Source of the DNA: Microcystis aeruginosa NIES-843
GTDB taxonomy: Bacteria > Cyanobacteriota > Cyanobacteriia > Cyanobacteriales > Microcystaceae
Assembly (NCBI RefSeq): GCF_000010625.1
Contig: NC_010296.1
Span: 4,110,001 to 4,142,000 of the forward strand
Reading direction: 5' to 3'
Length of the DNA: 32,000 nucleotides
Shown here: one piece after another, positions 27,332 to 32,000 of the stretch
Layout of the letters: every line of letters begins with the position of its first letter
How positions within the stretch are numbered: the stretch's first letter is position 1
Made by a program: the position numbers and the translations under genes
The notes under the pieces: generated by a model
What the model saw: the letters and a program-made list of their open reading frames with translations, nothing else
What the model was told of the DNA's origin: nothing
Database searches by the model: none

Positions 27332-27640
27332 AGGGTTTGCGGCACAAAGTTTTTCCTGGGGGCAGGGTGTGGGGTGTAGGGTGTAGGGTTTTACCCATTT
27401 TCAGGGAGTCAATTACCTAATACCAAATCCGTTGAGTATAGGCTACATATCAGGAGAGGCACTCATGCAAAAGGCAAAACGGAGAATAAATAATCAGTTT
27501 TTAATAACTGGATTTAGTATAATTTTCAGGGAAAAAGTCCCGGAATTTTCCCCCCGATCACTCCAATGGCCGGTACTTTTGGATTTCAAAAAGGTCTAAA
27601 AGTCTTATCGAACAATGTTTTTAGATTTATTTAGCAAACC
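27332..27640 (+). mobile_element. MITE family B, copy 3, 309 bp including a nested element
   Basis: Ends are AGGGTTTGCGGCA...TTTAGCAAACC. 6-bp duplication ATAATT at 27326-27331 and 27641-27646. Confidence 0.85.
27421..27519. mobile_element. 99-bp MITE nested inside MITE B copy 3
   Basis: Ends are TACCAAATCC...GGATTTAGTA (9/10 inverted match). TAA is duplicated at 27418-27420 and 27520-27522. The other copies read ACCTAATTTTCAGGG uninterrupted at this point. Confidence 0.75.
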
Positions 27641-27644
27641 ATAA

Positions 27645-28259
27645 TTAATCGAACCAACCGATATCGGAATCCGTTAACTCTGTGGGGGTAGGAGTGGGGG
27701 CAATATAACGGGCTAAAGTGGCCATTTCAAAGTTATAAAGACTGGGTTTCTTAGGCAATAGTTTGGTAATTGCTGACGGTTCAGGGGTGGCGGTGGGACT
27801 ATTTTCTAGGGTTTTAATTTGATTATATAATTTTTCAATTAACTGTTTTTTATCAGTCAGTTCTGTTTCTGTCTTGCTTAATTGACTCGATAATTTTTCA
27901 ATTAACTGTTTTTTATCAGTCAGTTCTGTTTCTGTCTTGCTTAATTGACTCGATAATTGTGCCACCAAAGTAGTTTTTTCCGAGAGGACAGATTCTAACT
28001 GCTCGGTCTGTTGTTGTAACTGCTGTAAACTGACAGAGAGTTCCAGATGTTCTTTAAGTTCTTCTTCCAGAGAAATAACTTTTTCTTGGAGAGTTTGCTG
28101 ATTTTTCTCGGTTTTTTCTAACTCTGCCGTCAAGTCCTTAATTTTTGCCTGTAGGGTGGCGTTAGTTTCCTTCGGACGTTTGGCAGAAGGAGAGGGTTGG
28201 GATTCTACCTCTTTATTAGCTTCTGTACGGATGAGATCGTTTAAATTACCTTTGGTCAT
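27645..28259 (-). CDS. Coiled-coil protein, 204 aa
   Basis: Heptad-rich Q/E/L/K sequence with a duplicated 21-aa block, LSSQLSKTETELTDKKQLIEK. Confidence 0.6.
   Translation of the reverse strand: MTKGNLNDLIRTEANKEVESQPSPSAKRPKETNATLQAKIKDLTAELEKTEKNQQTLQEKVISLEEELKEHLELSVSLQQLQQQTEQLESVLSEKTTLVAQLSSQLSKTETELTDKKQLIEKLSSQLSKTETELTDKKQLIEKLYNQIKTLENSPTATPEPSAITKLLPKKPSLYNFEMATLARYIAPTPTPTELTDSDIGWFD
27831..27956. repeat. Perfect 63-bp tandem duplication inside the coiled-coil gene
   Basis: 27831-27893 is identical to 27894-27956 (read directly). Confidence 0.9.
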
Positions 28260-28558
28260 AAGCTCTGCAAATAGGATATTACGATAGAGTCGGATACTGT
28301 CCAGAAATCTGTTGGTTTAGGCAATCGATCATTATTCGCCCGATATACAAGCTTGATTACGCTGGGGAATTGTTCCATAGGTTTTATTGTATAGCTTGAG
28401 GTCGATCGATCCCTGTCCATTTAAGGAATGAGAAAAAATACCTAAATCTCAGTTTCGCCAGTAAGATTCTAAATTTTTCTGTAGTTAATGATACGGAATA
28501 CTAAATTTGTGTCAGACTAAGGGTAGAAGTTGATCGCACCTGTGGCAAGGATAAATTT

Positions 28559-28771
28559 ATGAATATTGAAGAAAAAGCACGTCTTAATTTAACCCAAGAA
28601 CGACAAGCAGAAGGAATGCTCGAAGAAAATGTCTTAACTCGTACAGAGGAGCTTTTAGGGGAAGGGGAGGCAGGAACTGCGAAAGCACGGGTTTTATTAA
28701 CTGAAAATCGTCAAGAAGACGAAAAACTCCAAGATAAGATTTTAGAACGTTCGATCGAAGCTATGCAATAG
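28559..28771 (+). CDS. Hypothetical acidic 70-aa protein
   Basis: ORF only. No family recognised. Confidence 0.3.
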   Translation: MNIEEKARLNLTQERQAEGMLEENVLTRTEELLGEGEAGTAKARVLLTENRQEDEKLQDKILERSIEAMQ

Positions 28772-28817
28772 CCTTTCGGTGAGGACTGGGAATATCCACA
28801 CAAGTCTAGATAAATAG

Positions 28818-29031
28818 GGTCTGCTGAATAAATCTAAAAACCTTGTTGGATAAGACTTTTGGACTTTTTTCCCCTCAAAAAGTGCCAGCCATTGCGGGGA
28901 TCGGGGGGAAAATTCCTGGACTTTTTCCCTGAAAATTAGGTAGTTGACCACCTGAAAATCGATAAAACCCCACACCCCACACCCCACACCCCACACCCTG
29001 CCACCACCGAAAAGCTTTTTCAGCAAACCCT
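28818..29031 (-). mobile_element. MITE family B, copy 4, inverted, 214 bp
   Basis: Begins GGTCTGCTGAA and ends TTCAGCAAACCCT. Flanks are AAATAG and AAATAT (5/6 match). The C-rich tract at 28968-28999 is the G4 motif on the minus strand. Confidence 0.8.
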
Positions 29032-29130
29032 AAATATCTGTAGAGACGTGGTTGACTGCGTCTCTATTTCAATTACCGATAACTAATCACTGTTAAACTA
29101 ATCACTGTTCACGCTCTGGACAGTGAAAAA

Positions 29131-30021
29131 ATGCAGATCCGAAGAAAACACCCCAATCCTGCCGTCAAAGTTGAGAGTTTGAGTTATGTGGTGAAAGTGC
29201 CAGAGGCACAACCGCAAAATATTTTAGAAGAAATCGTTTGGCATAAGGAGATAGAAGTCGATAAATTGCGCGAACGGTTGCCTTTATTGGAATTACGCCA
29301 AAAAATAGCCAATACTGCGCCACCTTGCGACTTTTTAGCCGCCTTAAAACAGGGTAAAACCCAACCCGCTTTGATTGCCGAAGTGAAAAAAGCTTCCCCT
29401 AGCAAGGGAGTTATCCTGGAAGATTTTGATCCTGTAGCGATCGCCCGTACCTATGAACAGGGAGGGGCCACTTGTTTATCGGTTTTAACCGATAGTAAGT
29501 TTTTTCAAGGTAGTTACGAAAATCTTACCCTCGTCCGGCAAGCGGTATCTTTACCCCTATTATGCAAGGAATTTATCCTTTATCCCTATCAAATCTACTA
29601 CGCTCGCTCTAAAGGAGCCGATGCTGTCCTTTTAATTGCCGCTATTTTAAGCGATCAAGACTTAGCATATTTTGTCAAAATTGTCAAGGGTTTAGGGATG
29701 ACAGCTTTGGTAGAGGTGCATAGTCTGGCTGAATTTGATCGAGTGTTAGCCATTGAGGGAATCGAACTAATCGGCATTAATAACCGCAATTTAGAGACAT
29801 TTACAGTCGATTTAGACAATACTCGCCAATTACTAGAAGCCAGGGGCGAACAGGTGCGAGAAAAAGGTATTCTGATCGTCAGCGAATCGGGATTACACAC
29901 AGCAACAGATCTGGCGAAAGTGAAGCAAGCGGGAGCAAATGCGGTTCTAATTGGCGAATCTTTGGTAAAACTGCCCGATCCTGCCCTCGGTATCCAAAAA
30001 CTCTTTGAAAATCTCGGTTAG
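29131..30021 (+). CDS. trpC: Indole-3-glycerol phosphate synthase
   Basis: [13 protein letters not shown]..., [24 protein letters not shown], ...IGINNRNL..F. Confidence 0.9.
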   Translation: MQIRRKHPNPAVKVESLSYVVKVPEAQPQNILEEIVWHKEIEVDKLRERLPLLELRQKIANTAPPCDFLAALKQGKTQPALIAEVKKASPSKGVILEDFDPVAIARTYEQGGATCLSVLTDSKFFQGSYENLTLVRQAVSLPLLCKEFILYPYQIYYARSKGADAVLLIAAILSDQDLAYFVKIVKGLGMTALVEVHSLAEFDRVLAIEGIELIGINNRNLETFTVDLDNTRQLLEARGEQVREKGILIVSESGLHTATDLAKVKQAGANAVLIGESLVKLPDPALGIQKLFENLG

Positions 30022-30029
30022 GGGTTTTT

Positions 30030-30327
30030 CAGTCATCAGTTATCAGTTATGGTTCTTCGGTTTGTGCTATGCAATGGACGGGGTTATAAGGGATGAAACC
30101 CTTATAGAGAAAGACATTTGGCGATTTTTGTCAATTGTTTTCGCTCTAGAAGAAACTAATCAATGGAACTCTTGCCAGATAAAGATTTAGTCGATTTATG
30201 CCACCCTATCGAACCATAGCAAGTTCAGTGATCAGTAAACAGTAAACAGTAAACAGTAAACAGTAATCAGTGAACTGAAAACTCACATCTGATAACTGAT
30301 AACTGCTAACTGATCACTGATAACTGA
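30030..30327. repeat. Composite heptamer-repeat tract split by a MITE
   Basis: CAGTCATCAGTTATCAGTTAT (30030-30050), then the MITE, then TCAGTGATCAG, (TAAACAG)x4 and ...CTGATAACTGATAACTGCTAACTGATCACTGATAACTG (30225-30327). Confidence 0.85.
30051..30224. mobile_element. MITE family A, copy 3, right end truncated
   Basis: Begins GGTTCTTCGGTTTGTGCTATGCAATGGACGGGG and is colinear with copies 1 and 2 up to ...CGAACCATAGCAAGT. It lacks the final AACGAAGAACC. Flanks are TCAGTTAT and TCAGTGAT. Confidence 0.75.
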
Positions 30328-30449
30328 CAAGGCTATCTGCCGGGATATAATCAGAGTTTGCCGAATCTTAAATCATCCCCTCAGAATTGATGCGATCGAG
30401 ATTTGGTTTTTTATCTTTTTGAATATAGCCCAACGAGAGAGGACGAACC

Positions 30450-31604
30450 ATGGAAAATAAAAATATGTTGATGATTCCCGGCCCCACACCAGTGCCGGAA
30501 GCGGTATTATTGGCTATGGCTAAAGCACCGATAGGTCATCGGACGGGTGCTTTTAGCAAGGTAATCGCCGAATTAACCGAAAATCTTAAATGGTTGCATC
30601 AAACCAGTGGCGATGTCTTAATGCTAACTGCTTCGGGAACCGGTGCCATGGAAGCGGGAATTATTAATTTTCTCAGCCCCGGCGATCGAGTTTTGGTGGG
30701 GGATAATGGTAAATTTGGGGAACGTTGGGCGAAAGTGGCGAAAGCATACGGCTTAAATGTGGATGTCATTAAGGCAGAATGGGGTAAACCCCTAGATCCA
30801 GAGGCATTTACCGCTAAACTGACCGAAGACAAGGAAAAAGCCATCAAAGCGGTAATTATCACCCATTCGGAAACTTCCACCGGGGTTCTCAATGACTTGG
30901 AAAGCATTAACAAAGCGGTAAAAGACCACGGGGAAGCTTTAATCATCGTCGATGCTGTCACCAGTTTAGGAGCTTATCATATTCCCATCGATGAATGGGG
31001 TTTAGATGTGGTCGGTTCTGGTTCCCAGAAAGGTTATATGATTCCTCCCGGTTTAGGTTTTGTTTCCGTAAGTCAAAAAGCTTGGAAAGCCTACGAAACC
31101 GCCAAACTGCCCCGTTTTTATCTAGATTTGGGCAAATACAAAAAAGCCACCGATGAGGATAGTTCCCCCTTTACCCCTCCAGTTAACCTGATGTACGGTT
31201 TACAAGCTTCTCTGCAAATGATGAGAAGGGAGGGATTAGCGGCAATTTTCGCCCGTCACCAACGCTTAACGAAGATGACGCGGGCCGGTATGCGCGCCCT
31301 GGATTTGCCCCTCTACGCGGCGGATTCTTGGGCTTCCACGGCGATTACTGCGGTGGCCCCCACTCTGGTAGATGCGGAAAAAATTCGTTCGACTCTCAAT
31401 AAAAAGTTCGACATCGCTGTGGCTGGTGGTCAGGATCACCTCAAGGGTAAAATCTTCCGTATCGGTCATTTAGGTTTTGCTAGTGAGAGGGATATCCTCA
31501 CGGTTATCGCTGCCATTGAAGCGACTTTAATCGAGCTAGGTGTCGAAGGTGTCACCCCCGGCGCCGGTGTGGCTGCGGCGGCCTCGGTGATGGTGCAGGG
31601 TTAA
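30450..31604 (+). CDS. Class V aminotransferase (alanine-glyoxylate / serine-pyruvate type)
   Basis: MLMIPGPTPVPE..., THSETSTGV, DAVTSLG, and SGSQKG (PLP lysine). Confidence 0.85.
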   Translation: MENKNMLMIPGPTPVPEAVLLAMAKAPIGHRTGAFSKVIAELTENLKWLHQTSGDVLMLTASGTGAMEAGIINFLSPGDRVLVGDNGKFGERWAKVAKAYGLNVDVIKAEWGKPLDPEAFTAKLTEDKEKAIKAVIITHSETSTGVLNDLESINKAVKDHGEALIIVDAVTSLGAYHIPIDEWGLDVVGSGSQKGYMIPPGLGFVSVSQKAWKAYETAKLPRFYLDLGKYKKATDEDSSPFTPPVNLMYGLQASLQMMRREGLAAIFARHQRLTKMTRAGMRALDLPLYAADSWASTAITAVAPTLVDAEKIRSTLNKKFDIAVAGGQDHLKGKIFRIGHLGFASERDILTVIAAIEATLIELGVEGVTPGAGVAAAASVMVQG

Positions 31605-31743
31605 TCTTGGGTTGGCTTTTCCCCTTCTCCCCAAAGAGGGGGATTTTGGCTGGAAGATATAGTTTATACCAAAATAGTATGATTAACTTCCAATCCAACT
31701 TTAAAAACCCGGTTATGGATTGTTTCCCCCGCTCGGCACTCCC

Positions 31744-32000
31744 TCACTCTCCTATATCTTTTAAACAGGATTTAGTCTGACTTGATTGCGGGCCGATTTG
31801 GGGCAAATGCAAAGCCGGATCCTGCGCTGTCCAACCGACGGGAGTATCTAAGCGCACCTCAAAATGAAGATGGGGGGGAATAATATCCGGTTGTCCCGTG
31901 GTGCCAACCGCACCGATAACGTCTCCTGCTCGTACCCGTTGGTCAATTCTGACTGTAACCCTGCTTAAATGGGCATAACGGGTCTGCCGGCGACCTAAAT
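31744..32000 (-). CDS. M23-family peptidase, C-terminal part (5' end lies beyond the window)
   Basis: My reverse-complement translation gives ..YAHLSRVTVRIDQRVRAGDVIGAVGTTGQPDIIPPHLHFEVRLDTPVGW..DP..., with the stop at 31744-31746. Confidence 0.75.
   Translation of the reverse strand, partial: LGRRQTRYAHLSRVTVRIDQRVRAGDVIGAVGTTGQPDIIPPHLHFEVRLDTPVGWTAQDPALHLPQIGPQSSQTKSCLKDIGE

Noticed and set aside
28742-29026. 94-aa ORF on the minus strand
   Set aside because: It lies almost wholly inside MITE B copy 4. The equivalent frame is not conserved as an ORF in the other three copies.

Overview
By eye this is a cyanobacterial chromosome segment, and it looks Microcystis-like. The evidence is many HIP1 GCGATCGC palindromes, ycf4, 7-nt tandem repeats in the intergenic regions, and a dense MITE/IS load. 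No database search was possible, so the taxon is an inference.

Positions 1-8502 are a decayed defence/mobile island. It contains:
- a yefM-yoeB pair whose toxin carries an in-frame TAG;
- an ISL3-family IS whose transposase is broken by one nonsense codon and by two nested 187-bp MITEs that share the IS's own end sequence;
- two about 89%-identical 3' fragments of a DNA methyltransferase;
- a parD-like gene with a 15-codon parE stub;
- xisH (in-frame TAG) and xisI;
- a multiply deleted type III-like res pseudogene.

The most interesting part lies between methylase fragment B and a 17-codon res 5' stub. It is a two-gene cargo: a permuted papain-like hydrolase, split by an 89-bp inverted-repeat element, and a 479-aa membrane protein built around about 20 GxxxG glycine-zipper tetrads. 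Those tetrads are encoded by 12/36-bp tandem DNA repeats. I do not recognise the membrane protein as any named family.

Positions 8685-32000 are mostly core genes: ycf4, a cyclophilin, a KAS, dnaG, an LpxB-related protein, a sugar nucleotidyltransferase, blaI-blaR1-bcp, rpsB, tsf, shc, trpC, a class V aminotransferase and a partial M23 peptidase. Interspersed among them are:
- a tnpB-only IS200/IS605 element;
- four copies of a roughly 212-bp MITE carrying a (GGGGTGT)n G-quadruplex motif, one of them inserted in the 2-nt gap between two coupled genes and itself carrying a 99-bp nested MITE;
- heptamer arrays that run directly into the start codons of the KAS gene and dnaG;
- an orphan higA-like antitoxin.

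No rRNA genes, tRNA genes or CRISPR arrays were seen.
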